A program made the position numbers and the translations under genes. DNA of 63,997 nucleotides, counting the filler, from Choristocarpus tenellus KU-1152 (Eukaryota; Protista; Phaeophyceae), in NCBI GenBank assembly GCA_964200185.2. It is 10 parts of 10 records of this genome, joined end to end, with 100 filler letters (N's around TTAATTAATTAA, not from the genome) between each part and the next. Parts side by side here need not be neighbours in the genome. Positions count along the whole stretch, not along the records: positions 9,120 to 14,719 come from CAXNAD020010284.1; positions 14,820 to 21,117 come from CAXNAD020008452.1; positions 21,218 to 25,379 come from CAXNAD020015901.1; positions 25,480 to 29,318 come from CAXNAD020017634.1; 6 more parts are not named here. One strand, written 5' to 3'. Each line of letters begins with the position of its first letter. The stretch's first letter is position 1. The notes below the pieces were generated by a model that did not search any database, was not told where the DNA came from, and saw only the letters and a list, made by a program, of their open reading frames with translations. Shown piece by piece: positions 13,771-25,762 of the stretch.

Positions 13771-14648
13771 TAAGGACATGCCATGTTGTCACAAAAAAAA
13801 ATTAGAGAAATCTCCCTCTCGACATAACAATCCTTGCCCCTTCACCACCTCTCTCTCCCCCTCCCACATCCAAACAAGAATTCCCCTCACTTACCCCCCT
13901 TCACCGTACTCACCCCCCCTCCTCCATCCACCCCACTCAAGTCCCCCCCGCTCTCCTTCCAGGCAAAACCTCTCACTCTTGCTCTACATGGAAATGATCT
14001 GTGATGAAAAAATGATCGCTCCGAACGAAATCAAGGCCACGGTATTACCTATGCTTAAGGTATACCTTCCTCCTGCACTGCTGTTGGCTGTTTAGACAAT
14101 GTCAGGAACATCCACAAGGGACGGATGGGAGTGGTGAGGATATGTGACTGTTAAGCACGGGGAGGCACATGCTGTTTCCTTTTCTTACGTGGCCATCAAC
14201 TTGGGACAATGAAGTCAGTAAAAACTTCCGACCTTTTCCACTCTTTGATATATTTGCTCCAGAATCTTATATCGCCACTGAAAGGTGCATCTCGAATTTT
14301 CGGAACCGAATGTATGGAATTCAGCATATGAAGGTTGACGAGAACTCTTAACCAGTGCATGATGTATGTGAGTGCAGCCGTAGAATCAGAACCAATTTGT
14401 AGCGAGGTAATTGTGTTGTTCGATGCATTCCATACTTCTGCACCCGTAAGATTTTCCAAAAAAACGTATCAATTTTTCGAAAATTTACCACTTCAGGCAC
14501 ACTACTGGTCAGAGCTGCTGCTGCACATCGACCAAAACACCATTGAATCAAAAGAGTCAGGACCCTTGGTGCAAGATTTCCAGGAAAAAATAAGAGCACA
14601 TATCAGCAAAGGTTTTGCCATAACCCAAGGCATAGCACTGTAACACTT

Positions 14649-14719
14649 GACCCAAAGTATGTGTGTGTGTGTGTGGGGGGGGGGGTCTACACCAGGGTGT
14701 CCATATGAACCAAAATCAG
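14649..14719 (+). mobile_element. MITE family B, left part (truncated by contig end)
   Basis: GACCCAAAGTAT...(G)n-TCTACACCAGGGTGTCCAT matches the copies at 59007 and 63358. Confidence 0.8.
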
Positions 14720-14819
14720 NNNNNNNNNNNNNNNNNNNNNNNNNNNNNNNNNNNNNNNNNNNNTTAATTAATTAANNNNNNNNNNNNNNNNNNNNNNNNN
14801 NNNNNNNNNNNNNNNNNNN

Positions 14820-14946
14820 CCCCCCCAGATATTTTGAGTCATTGACACCTCCTAACAAACACGATAGCCGAAATTACATCCATATCGCAACATTGGATTT
14901 TGGCCCCCAAATGGACGCGGCCTTACCCTCTAAGATACTTTGGCTC
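14820..14946 (+). mobile_element. Nested MITEs: family B right end (14820-14840) inside a family A element (14841-14946)
   Basis: CCCCAGATATTTTGAGTC is followed directly by family A internal sequence ATTGACAC...CATTGGATTTTGGCCCCCAAATGGACGCGG...CCCTCTAAGATACTTTGGCTC. Confidence 0.8.
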
Positions 14947-15559
14947 ATCATACGATTGACCTAGCCTCACCACTAATGTCAAGGTCACTACCAATCGCAC
15001 AGGAAGAAATCTCACCAAAAAAATCAAAGTGGTATTCTGCTTCACTACTTCAATAGCATCAATCAATGTGATTGCTGAGAGGGGCAACGATGCATTGATA
15101 AGGTTGATTCTCGTCATGATCGCTCGCTATGATGCATGCATGTCGTATTCCTGGGAGTTTTAATGCACTCCTAGCACATCCTTTTAATTCAGGAATAGTT
15201 CAGGAATAATTCAGGAATAAATTCCCTTGACGAATACTCCCAACGCGTGGTTCCCAGATCACGAGTTATACCTGGTGATTAGAACTAGCCGGATTACAAG
15301 TAAAACACTTGCTGCTGGACAAGTACTCCAGGTTTTTGTCAAGGTTCTTCCTCATGAAACAAAAACAGTGAAGCCAGCCACTTAACCACTCCATCCATCC
15401 ACAGTGTCGGCATTATTGCCTACTTTTCTGAAGATGAAAGGTTTCCTGTGTACAGAACACTTTTTATTGATGCAGGGAAGAAGAGTCAAACCAAGATCAA
15501 AACCCCAACCTTTTACCTTGTTTAGGCCCCAACATTCACTTTGGACATTATTCTGAGGC

Positions 15560-16900
15560 AAAGGAAACAAGAGGTACCCAGGTTTTTGTTCGATTTGCAT
15601 TCAACTCTGTTTTTCAAGATTTATTAATTCACCCTTATTTCTATGGACGAGGTTCTACATTTGCTCGAGGGCGATTATGTCTCTATTGATTGAGACTTCT
15701 CTGACACACCTCAGAATATACCTTACAGACATTTGCGTAAGAAAAGTCTAAGTATGCACATGTTTGTCAGCATCCTTTAAATGCAACTCTGGGTACCTTT
15801 TGTTTGCTTTATATATTTTTGTCAAGTATGTTGTACTTTAGGAAGACCACACAGCTCACTCAACATGGAGCAGCGCAACACACGTGGCTGATTAGGATGA
15901 TAGATAGACACATTTGTTACAATAGGTCCTTGGAGCACAGGGTAGGATGGATTTGCCACCACATGTGTTTGATTGTTTGGTTTTTTGTGACAGAACCAGG
16001 AGATGTCATGGTGGTGCAGTATGGATCGTGGTGCCTGTCTGAATTCGCTTGGAAAGATCACCATTACATGAGATGTGGAAAGGATTGTGGTTCGAAATTC
16101 AACAAGTTGGGCAAAGAGGAAGGGATGGATATAGGGAAGGACACCAATACACTGGGGTAAACGACTACTATGTAGTACATCAGCATGTCTGAGGGCATAG
16201 GCTCACTTGAAAAACAGCCACAATCCTCGAACACTTGGCAAACTCCTCCGTTTTGCACTCTCCCTTATCCGGTGCTTGATCTTCTGAATGGTGACACATT
16301 GTTGCTCCGACAGTTCCTCTGATAACGACTCATCTCTCACAAAGGGCTGTCCATTTTCGATCATGTTATCCCTATGAAACAACATCAACCTATCATGGGA
16401 CTGGGTTGCAAGGCGGAAAAATTGATGTAAAGTGTAGTTCACCGTACGTGTGATGTTTTGAAGGTAACCATCAGAAACATTCAAGTTAAAAAAAAATCCA
16501 TTGCCTTTCCTACTTCCCGAAATCTTGATCAGTCTCGATTACTTCAACACGGTTCCAAGAACTACCAGACTGTTCCAACTTTCCGTTTCTACATTCCATC
16601 AACATTAAAGTCTCCTATCCTCCCTACCGACCCTCACTGCCTACTGTAAATTAAACACATTCATATAAGCGGAAGATTAACTGGATATGGCAATTGCTTT
16701 ACAAGAATAGAAGTCTCGTCTTATGTACTTTCACAACAGGCGTTCCGTTGGTGATATGGACATCAGGCTCTCAGGTACTCAACGAAAAAGTGGTCTTGTA
16801 TACGTCAGGTGGTCGCCTTGTTGCATACGAACACAGCTTGCCGCTACACCCTATTTCGTACAAATATCTGCCCTTACCTCCCCGTGTGCACTTTTTTCAT
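15560..16900 (-). pseudogene. Decayed Sola-like (DUF7869-type) DNA transposase relic, tentative
   Basis: Minus-strand fragments in the expected order across frameshifts: YLYEIG..VFVCNK; ECKTEEFAKC; PSEFRQAPRSILHHHDISWFCH; LPKV..LDKN..KANKRY..VAF; TFL..NVCKVYS; RDIIALEQM. Compare FAKC / LP.VL..QLDN...ENKN / FL..GHTH.D.DQ.FS. The GHTH motif itself is not preserved. Confidence 0.4.
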
Positions 16901-18702
16901 GGCCCTTGCCTCGATTGCTCAACGTCCCACCGTTTTCCAAGCCCTCTTGTCTCAAATTGTTGTTATGGGATTGCTAAAAACCTCCAATATGCCTAATATA
17001 TTATCTTAAGAACCTTGATTTATCTGCACAGTTTCAACCCCTCACACCCCAGGTATACCCAAATCATTAGCCCCTACCCTTGAGGGATATATTTCTTGTT
17101 GAATACCTAGAACCATATTCTCCTAGAGGGATATGCCATTATTGTTAAGAGATCTTTGTGAATGTTGTTGATTTGCATCTTTGCCTCCCTACATTCTCCA
17201 ATCAAATGGAAAATATCCACCCACAGGGTCTGTTCTTCTACATCCAGGGACTCTTGGTGGGGGTAAGCTCCTTAAAACTAAAATGGCCAATCTCCACTCC
17301 CCCCTAGGATACATTTAAAGACAATTAAAGCACAATTTCTGCAATACCTTAACTTCACTGGTCAAGCACACAGTACGGAAGTGCATTTCATGGAGGAGAA
17401 AAAAGAAACAAGAAAGGTATCTAATAGGATAGAGGTGATAGAAATCGTACCTCCCCTTCAGTGGTGTTGAAAACATCTTTGCTACTTCCGTATACAAATG
17501 AAATGCCTCTCTAAGAGGCAAGCAAACAATGATACCTACTGTACAGTTCCACTTAATGACAACAAGCCATTGCTGACCTAAACTCTCTAGCATCCCTTCA
17601 ATGTCACCTCTTGGAAGATATTTCCTCCTTCTGTCTTGTTACTCATCATATTCATCGATATAGATACCAACTATACAATGACACTCAACGACAACAACCA
17701 ACTAACATTCAAACTCTCTAGTGCCCCCTCAATGTCACCTTTCGGGAGAAATTTCCACCTCCTGCCTTGTGGCTCATTGCAATTCCTGACACATCTGTTT
17801 GCCCAGTCTTATGACAACTCCCCACAGCCCCCACTTCCTCTGATCCACTAACCTCCCTGCAACCAACATCTTTGCCTGCTTTTTCCAGAACCAGCTCACA
17901 TCCTGTCTGTCATATGGTGGACGATTTCAGCGAGAAATTGATATGGTCAAGGTATTTTTGAATGAAGCACAGGTGTTAGTAAGAAATATACTAAAAGAAG
18001 GATGAGCAGTGCCAAAGATTAGGGATAGGGTTAGGGGATCCGGGACATAAAAGGTAAAAGTGCACCAATAAGCTGTCTTTGCCCTGCCACCTTTCCTTTC
18101 TAGAAAATGGCGTATTCTGCCCTGACAGGGTGTGGATAGATGAGATGTACACTCCCAGTACTACATCATGGAAGAAATTTTTCCAGCACTAGAGTCACCA
18201 GAACTAGTTGAACATAGAGAAAGATGCCCCAACAAGTATATTTGCAAGGAATTTTTTCATTATTGCGCACTATTTGTTCGTTGGGCAAAGAATATAGAGG
18301 GACGGTTCAAGCTGTTCAAGCTAGAGGACACAACAAGTATCAAATGCAGACAACCGGGATCATCAATGAGAACCCTAGATTATGCATTCATTTTCATGTG
18401 CTGTATTTACACAAATCAGCTGGAGAATTACTGGAGGACTTGAACTTGGTTCAAACTAGATTGAGAAACAAGGGCTCAGGTGTCCAAGACGCCCCCTTTA
18501 GGTTGACCTTCTCCCTCTTCTTTGTTCAGCTCCTTATCACAGCACATGAACCTATAGAAACACACATTTCCAATACTTAATCTTGATCAGAAAAACAAAT
18601 GTGTCCTAACAGAATGCTTTTTCAAGAGGGTTCAACCACACCAATGTTCATCCCACCTAGGCATTGCTGAGTCATCTTATTATTGCTAAGAATTGCTGAT
18701 GA

Positions 18703-18888
18703 GATTCAAAGTATCTTGGGGGAGGGGGGGGGGGGGATCTACACCAGGGTGTCCATTTGGGCCCTGACCAGGAAACGTTCACTTACATTATCCATTCAAC
18801 ATATGCAACCAAATCACACAAAAATCGCGACATAATTTGTTTTGCCCCAAATGGACAGTCGCCACCCCCCCCCCCCCCCAGATGAACC
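18703..18888 (+). mobile_element. MITE family B, complete copy
   Basis: GATTCAAAGTATCT-(G)n...CCAAATGGACAG...(C)n-AGATGAACC (right TIR has a small deletion); flanked on both sides by ATGA (18699-18702, 18889-18892). Confidence 0.85.
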
Positions 18889-21027
18889 ATGAGCAAACAA
18901 AATTCTGCTTTGTGCCAAAAGAGAATTATGCGGGTTTCATACCCTATTGAATCCTATCGAAGATGTTACCTAGCCTCTTTGGACGTGATAGTATTGTGCT
19001 CAATTATTCTTGAGAGAAGGAGATGACTCTGAAAGGAGGATTTTGTCCTTGGATAAGACTAATTGATGGAAAAGGCATCTCTCGGCATATAATCCCGTTG
19101 TACGAAGGAGGTAGAAAAAGAGAACGAGAAAGGTAAGCACAGGGCATCTAGGGTGATAGACCTCCTTGATTTTCCCATTACATTAAACAAATCTGACGTC
19201 AAGTCAATTTTTCAGTGTGTCCTCAAGTTGACCCGCACAAGATAGCTACATGAGACTGAACCTCTGTTCGCATATGGTCTCATGAGACAGATTATCAATC
19301 ATATGAAACCTGTCTCTATGTTCGACTACTTCTCTAATTGCCTTAGGCAACTGGACGAGAGGCTTCCATGCGGCTCTTTGATGGGTATTGGCTCATCTCA
19401 CTCCAGGTTTTGATACTGTTCACTTGTTGCTTCAAGTTATGCATATTTCCAACGAGGTCTCACACATACTTAGACAGCATTCACTCAAAACCATGTCGCA
19501 ACAAAACGTCATAAGTGCACTTTCTCCATATTCAGTAGAAATGGAATTCAAGCACAAGTAGGTAAAAAAAGCAAAAAAAATATTGAGAATAAGCATCAAG
19601 GATGGATAAGTTCTAGGGCATTAGAATGCATCAAGAGAGTAGCACCTGTTGGACTGAGGGATAGGAAAGCTATGTAACAGGAAGAATTAATTGGTGTGAT
19701 TGAGTACAGGCACTGAGGATCGGAGAGAGACAAGGTGGGTGTAGGAGAAAATTGAAGCACAAGTTAGGACTAGATCATTCGTTGTAATGAGAAGGGTACT
19801 GGAATGCGCTGTATATACTTCAAATATCTTCGCTTCTCAATAAGATCCCATGAATACTATAGATCTAAGCACATTCTTGATTGGAAGAGAATCGAAACAT
19901 TGCCTAACAAAGGTGTCTTTGTACCCTTTTGTGGAGTACGACACAAAGCCCACACATTAGCCGAAAGTCAAGTGCCACATGCATGAATGGCCTGCTTCGA
20001 ACTCTGCTAGCTCAAGATCTTTTAAAGTGACCTTATCATTTACATGAGGCATCGGATATGATGTGATTCAAAGTTACAACATATTTCTGTGAACTTGTTG
20101 TAGCGAGTATGTGAAACCTTGGGTGGGCACCACTACTTTCTTGTTTGCTTGCAGGGTATTCATCAGTAATGAAGTAGGAAACAGTTGAAGAAAAGTAAGC
20201 TCCATGAAGAAGGCGTTCTACCTCAGGACCAATACAAACATGACCTTTGTATTATGTCATGTCTTGGTTGGATTGAGTTCAAATGAAACAGTATTGATAA
20301 GAATGAAGACAATCATATGCTCCAATCCTTGAAAAATAATAGATATGATGACAATCCCTCATCTATTCCAGATGACTTGTAGGATTAGCTACCCCCTAGA
20401 CAAGAGACATGTGTACGGGGATAAGAATCGTGTACGCTAAACTTTTCCAGCCTATGGTCCCAAGACAGCAAGCAGCTGTCCATGACTAGCTATATTCACC
20501 ATATGCACTGCTTCTTGACTGAGGCAAATAAGATGTGCACTACACTTTCCTCTTCCTTGCCTACGTCATTCAAAAACACAAAGATTTATGTAGAACTGGG
20601 ACATTTGGGATCAGTGAGACAGTTGTTTGTCACAAGAATCTGAATAGGGACAAACTACACAAATAGATCAACCTTGGTAGGTTTGAGACCCAGATATAAT
20701 GGTAGAGGGGTTTGCCACTGGAGTTACCCACCTCTCGCTCCACTGTCCCAAAATCCCCACAAGTTTTGATAGCAACCTCCTTGGATCTATGCATCTCCTC
20801 CTCAGCATTAACAATATCTCTTTAGGCAGCATTGTGTACATTTCAATAAATATGTAGGGGCAAAGCAGGGTGAGTAAGGAAAACGTTTAGTCACACAAAG
20901 ATCTTGATCACAGTCTGCTCCCAATGGTGTCAGAGCACAATGAGAACGATCTCAGCTTTCAGTGGGTATATGTTGAATAGGAATATAGCAATTTCAGAAG
21001 GATCTCCAAAACGACTTACCTACTCCC

Positions 21028-21117
21028 GGCTCAAAGTATCTGTGGGGGGTGGCGGCTGTCCATTTGGGGTCAGTTTTTTCATGTCGTGATTTTTGGATGA
21101 TTTGGTCCCATACGTTG
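21028..21117 (-). mobile_element. MITE family B, reverse orientation, truncated
   Basis: GGCTCAAAGTATCTGTGGGGGGTGGCGGCTGTCCATTTGGGG is the reverse complement of the family B right end. Confidence 0.85.
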
Positions 21118-21217
21118 NNNNNNNNNNNNNNNNNNNNNNNNNNNNNNNNNNNNNNNNNNNNTTAATTAATTAANNNNNNNNNNNNNNNNNNNNNNNNNNN
21201 NNNNNNNNNNNNNNNNN

Positions 21218-21999
21218 TCCTGTCTATATGTCATCAGAGGGGCATCCGGGGGGAGTTCTGGGAAATTTTCCATAATAGCCGTAACTACCTCCCATCCTCC
21301 CATACCTTCTTCTCCCCCTTCCTTCCCTACCTTATATCTTGTCAACACTGCTCCTTTTCTACCCTGGTCCCCTTTTGACCCTGTGAATGTTGCCTCTACG
21401 TTTTCTGCCTGGTGTCTCTCTTCCCAACTTAATCTTTTTACTCCCCTCCTCCATACCACGTCTCTCCTTACTGCGAAATCCCCATGAACTCCTCCCCCTT
21501 CGTCATAGGCCCATAATTCTGAGGCTCTAGCTAGAAAGAAGAACGAGAAACCCAGGCCTAGCCTTGTCAATTTACCTTCCCTACCTAACATTTCAGTGCA
21601 TTGCTTTGTCTCTACAATCATTCTCCAAGTTAGGGGTCTCCTCTTCCTGGGCTCGCTTCCTACTCTTGTGTGACTCCTCCCTATTCCTTTGAGCACAGAT
21701 TGAATCATGAAATGTTGTGTGGGAAGCTGTAAGTTGAGGAAATGTTTATGGTAGTATTGGATTGCTGCTATCTTACCCTTCACTGTGCTTACTTGATTTC
21801 CCCTACTTCCACAACAGAAACACATGAACTCCGCTAGGGCCTTTACTACCTCTATCTCTCTACTCCCAGGGTCTATCCACCTACTCAATCCCCTATATAT
21901 GCGGAACTCAGACCATTGGTCCCAAGCTGCTTCATAACACTTCTGAGTAGATGGCGCAACCGATCCTCTGGCGTACAATGCTGCAAGGCACTCAAACAC
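21218..21999 (-). CDS. Tyrosine recombinase of the retroelement (C-terminus lost at contig edge)
   Basis: Open ~260 codons: STQKCYEAAWDQW (core-binding helix), VSTVKGKIAAI, RRPLT, GFSFFFLARASEL (catalytic Arg), SKGDQGRKG (catalytic Lys). HxxR and Tyr lie beyond the gap. Confidence 0.9.
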
Positions 22000-22600
22000 A
22001 CCATCTTCCCTTCCCGACCCAGGGGCTGCTCCTGCCAGTCAATGCGTGGGCAAATACGTTGGAGGTTAGTTTGAATCTCATCCCTCTTCCACCTTGAAAT
22101 ACCATCTGCTAAGTCATTCTGCTTACCTGCTACGTGTTCCGCTGCGAATGACCATTCCCCTGCTATCTCCAACACCCCCATTATTCTCATCAAACCCCCT
22201 GCCCTCCTATCCTTTGCCCCCCCACACTTACGGAACCAATGCACTGCAGAGTAATTGTCCCCCCTAAGCAGCACTGGGTCTCCCTTATTCTCTGCTTTTC
22301 CCTTTACCTTCATAACCAGTATCCATGCATTCATTACCATTTCTAGTAACTCTAAGACATTGATTGATATACTCCCCCCTTCTCCTTTTACCACACTACG
22401 GATAATGTCCTTCAAGTTTTCTGGGAAGTCATATCTCCACCACTTACCCGTCTCTATGTTGTACCCTCCCACTGCTGAAAACATTCATGTGAATACCATG
22501 TTGTACCTGGAGGTCTTAAAACAAACCCCAAAAATGGGGAGCTCAAGTTTTCATCCTCCTCGGCCAGACCATGTTCTACCACCCACCTCAACCAATTCAA
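21885..22600 (-). pseudogene. DIRS-type RNase H domain (frameshift near first catalytic Asp)
   Basis: INVLEL...RGDNYSAVHW...AEHVAGKQNDLADGISR are DIRS/Ngaro RNase H motifs. Confidence 0.88.
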
Positions 22601-23790
22601 GTCTTCTTTGAATTCTCTTCCTATCCTGATTTCCCTATTTGCTTCTCTTGGGCCTTCCCTCTGTTCACCCCGTCCCCCCCCTCTTGCTATCCTACCCAAC
22701 CAACCTCGTTTCTGGTGCGACCCTGACAGGTGTACCAGCTGCCAAAGAAAATTTTTCTCTGGGTGTATAACATATGACATGTGAAATTGTCGGCCCAGCA
22801 ACACCCATACCTCCTGCACCCTCGCTACCAACCTCGATTCTGGCCACTCCCCTAACAATGACTTCAGTCCCTTCAGCTTTCCCTCTGGTAGGACAATGGT
22901 CATCTATTCTGTATCTATCCTCCATCCTACCACTAGCTGTGCAGTATGCCATCCCATTAATTTTCTTGCTGACAGAATGGAGGGTTCGTCTACGTCTCTC
23001 TGGCCTAGCAACCGTATGTGGTCGGAGACTAGGGAATGTGTTGCTGACTTCAGTCTCCGTCCATCTTCAAACCATGGGGGCTCTACCAAAATGCTATCAT
23101 CTACGTACATTCTGGCAAAAAAAGGGTCTTCCACCCCCCCCCCCTGCTTTGTCCTGCACCTTCCATGTCTCATCTATGGTCCTAAACTCCCTCCTGCCTT
23201 CCTGCTTCGAGTATGTTAGACCTACCGCAATCATTTCTGCTTCTTTGAGGACCACTGTCGACTTGGGATCTGTATGACAGTGTGAAAATTCTAGGGCACT
23301 CGCTAATAGGTCCGACCACCCCCGGGCTATTCCTCCACCCAAATCGGAGCCTAAAATCGATCACTAGCAAGTCTCCAACACAATATCCAAACTTTGCTGC
23401 CCCTTGTGGTTCTACTGATACTTGGCGAAAGGCATCTTTCATATCCATGTTACTAATCATAATACTCGCCCCCGGGAACTTCTTCCTTAATCCCACAATT
23501 CTTCTAATCATGTCTCCTATAACTGTTCCACAATGTACGGGGGGGGGCATCTCTAACTATGTCTGGTGATTCACACTCGACCCCCAACTCTCTTGCTGAT
23601 ACGACAAGTCATGAATAATCCTTACCTTCGTGGGTTCTTGAATGACACCAACTGGGGACACCTGCAATCCTGGGATCTTCCCCCACATCCTTTTTGGGAA
23701 CACCAAAGCTCTACCCTGGGTCACATCACTCACTAACTTTTCTAGTAGGGCCTTCTTCCTACTTCTTGCACTCGTGTGGTTTCCATACTC
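22600..23790 (-). pseudogene. Reverse transcriptase of the retroelement (frameshifted)
   Basis: YGNHTSA...VSPVGVI..PTKVRIIHDLS...SVN; DMKDAFRQV...RLRFGWRNSPG; MYVDDSIL; GWRIDT. Several frameshifts and stops. Confidence 0.9.
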
Positions 23791-24658
23791 TAGTTATTCC
23801 TCAACTCTGCCTATTCCCCCTACGCACACTGGTACTCCCTTGTTCACTACCTGTTGGAGTTGCTCTATCTGTGGGAACCCAACCTTTTTCCCAAAATGGT
23901 ATTCAATCGTCTCCCAATTCATCAATTTGGGACTCCATCTTTCCCCTAACCTACCCACTAGAGTCACCAAGCCCCCCCCACACTCTCCTATTGATACTTC
24001 CCCTTTTCTTGCCAACTCCTCCAGTCCCTCCACTAACATTACCCGCACTGGTTGGTCATCAAATGTGGGATGGCTGGCGATCAATGACGAAGGGCAGTCG
24101 CAATGGTTGGCCATCAAATGGGGAATAGAGAAGGGAGGAATGGCAAATTAGGAATGAGCAAATAATAATATCCAGAATTCGTGAGCAAAACAAACAGTAT
24201 TTTTTTCTCTGCGCATCGATTTACTCACAGGTCATACCTACTACTATATTGTTGTTGTGGTTCTGATCTAGCCTTGTTACTAGAAATAGTGTGGTACGTA
24301 GACACAACATAGAAGAGTTTCATAACATCGTTGAGGCGTTTGCATTATTTGATGTTTGGACCACATGTGGTCCTTGACAGGACTTACGCTCACTCCTTCA
24401 ACAAATAACAGAGCTGTAAGCCCCAGCATGGGGTGGAGACCTTACAAGCCGTCATAGATCATTTCATGTGGTTGGACTGTCTACAATTCAATTGACTTCT
24501 CGAGACCTGACCATAGGATCAAGGACGGTTCTAGAATTGGCTGGGGAAGACGAACACGTGATGGTGGGAGCTTGCTGAAGCTTGGAGTGCACGCAACTGG
24601 GCAGAAACCAGCAGATTTACTAGAATGAAGGGGTGCAATATGTCGAGGAACGACAAGG

Positions 24659-25379
24659 ATGGACCTGGCGCAGCCTGGGGGGGGCTTGCGTGAGACCGAT
24701 TGGTCTAAGCTGCAGATTGCGCAGCATATCCAACCTCCACTGTTTGAGAGACTAGCAGAGAAGGAGGTGATGAAGTTTCTGAGAGCTCGGAGGGAATACG
24801 AGATGAGCGTTAGGGTGAAGCACTCGAAAGGAGGTGTGCAAATTGCACTTATGATGTTGCCATAGTCCTTAACCGTTGCTCAGAGATGAGAACTGGTGGG
24901 GGACGAACTCAAAAGCAATTGGTCTGCAGCAAGAGAAGGGCAACTCCTAAAAATGCTTAAGAAGGTGGCTCGAATCGATGACGAAGAGGGTGGCCCGGAT
25001 GGGAAATGAAGGGTCCGCCGCTGATCGGGTCATGGGAGTGATCTAGGACATCGAGGGATATCTGGAAGATATAATAATCTGGATGGCACTTTCCGACAGA
25101 ATGCTGGACAAGTAGGGCAGGCTTGGAAGGTAGGGCCGGGGAAGGTACTCTCGGAGGCCTTTAGGGCAGGGCTCAAACCCCCTGCATTTAAGACCGAAAT
25201 TTCTAAGTATATAGCTTGGAACCCTGAGCTCGAAAAGGATCCAGATCAAATCTTTGAGCTGGCAAAGGAGGAAGCCGAAAAATGGAGGACTTATGAGAGG
25301 GCCCAGGCATACGAAACGAAACCAACCAAGAAAAGTGAACCTGATGGCAAACACGAAGAGGGGAAGTGTTACAGGCGAA
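24659..25379 (+). pseudogene. Retrotransposon gag-like relic, opposite orientation to the YR element
   Basis: IQPPLFERLAEKEVMKFLRARREYE resembles stramenopile retroelement gag N-termini; broken by stops and frameshifts; possible PBS-like TGGCTGGGGAAG near 24538. Confidence 0.45.
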
Positions 25380-25479
25380 NNNNNNNNNNNNNNNNNNNNN
25401 NNNNNNNNNNNNNNNNNNNNNNNTTAATTAATTAANNNNNNNNNNNNNNNNNNNNNNNNNNNNNNNNNNNNNNNNNNNN

Positions 25480-25522
25480 CCCCAAATGGACAGCCGCCAC
25501 CCCCTCCCAGATACTTTGAGCC
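25480..25522 (+). mobile_element. MITE family B, right end
   Basis: CCCCAAATGGACAGCCGCCACCCCTCCCAGATACTTTGAGCC. Confidence 0.85.
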
Positions 25523-25762
25523 ATTGATGAAACGTCCTTATCATCAACCAAGCCCGAAAAACAAAATATAGAACACTAGTGGGATTGTGTTGCCTTTCGT
25601 TGGCGACGCCATCAAATCTAACCAATCAACACTTCACAAAAAGACTAACCGAAGGCTTGACAAAAATAAAATAACATTTTTGAGCCGTTAGCACTGTTTT
25701 TCTGTTCTTCAAAATGTCTGGAGTGTCTCATTTTTGTTTCCTTGTCGGACGTTTTCCGGTAG

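Larger units (their letters stand above)
21218..24060 (-). mobile_element. Tyrosine-recombinase retrotransposon (DIRS order, Ngaro-like), degenerate, truncated by contig edge
   Basis: Colinear RT, RNase H and tyrosine recombinase on the minus strand; the YR ORF overlaps the RNase H end in another frame; no methyltransferase between RH and YR. Confidence 0.92.

Noticed and set aside
22255-24151. Several plus-strand ORFs of 95-170 aa
   Set aside because: Antisense shadows of the purine-rich retroelement pol.
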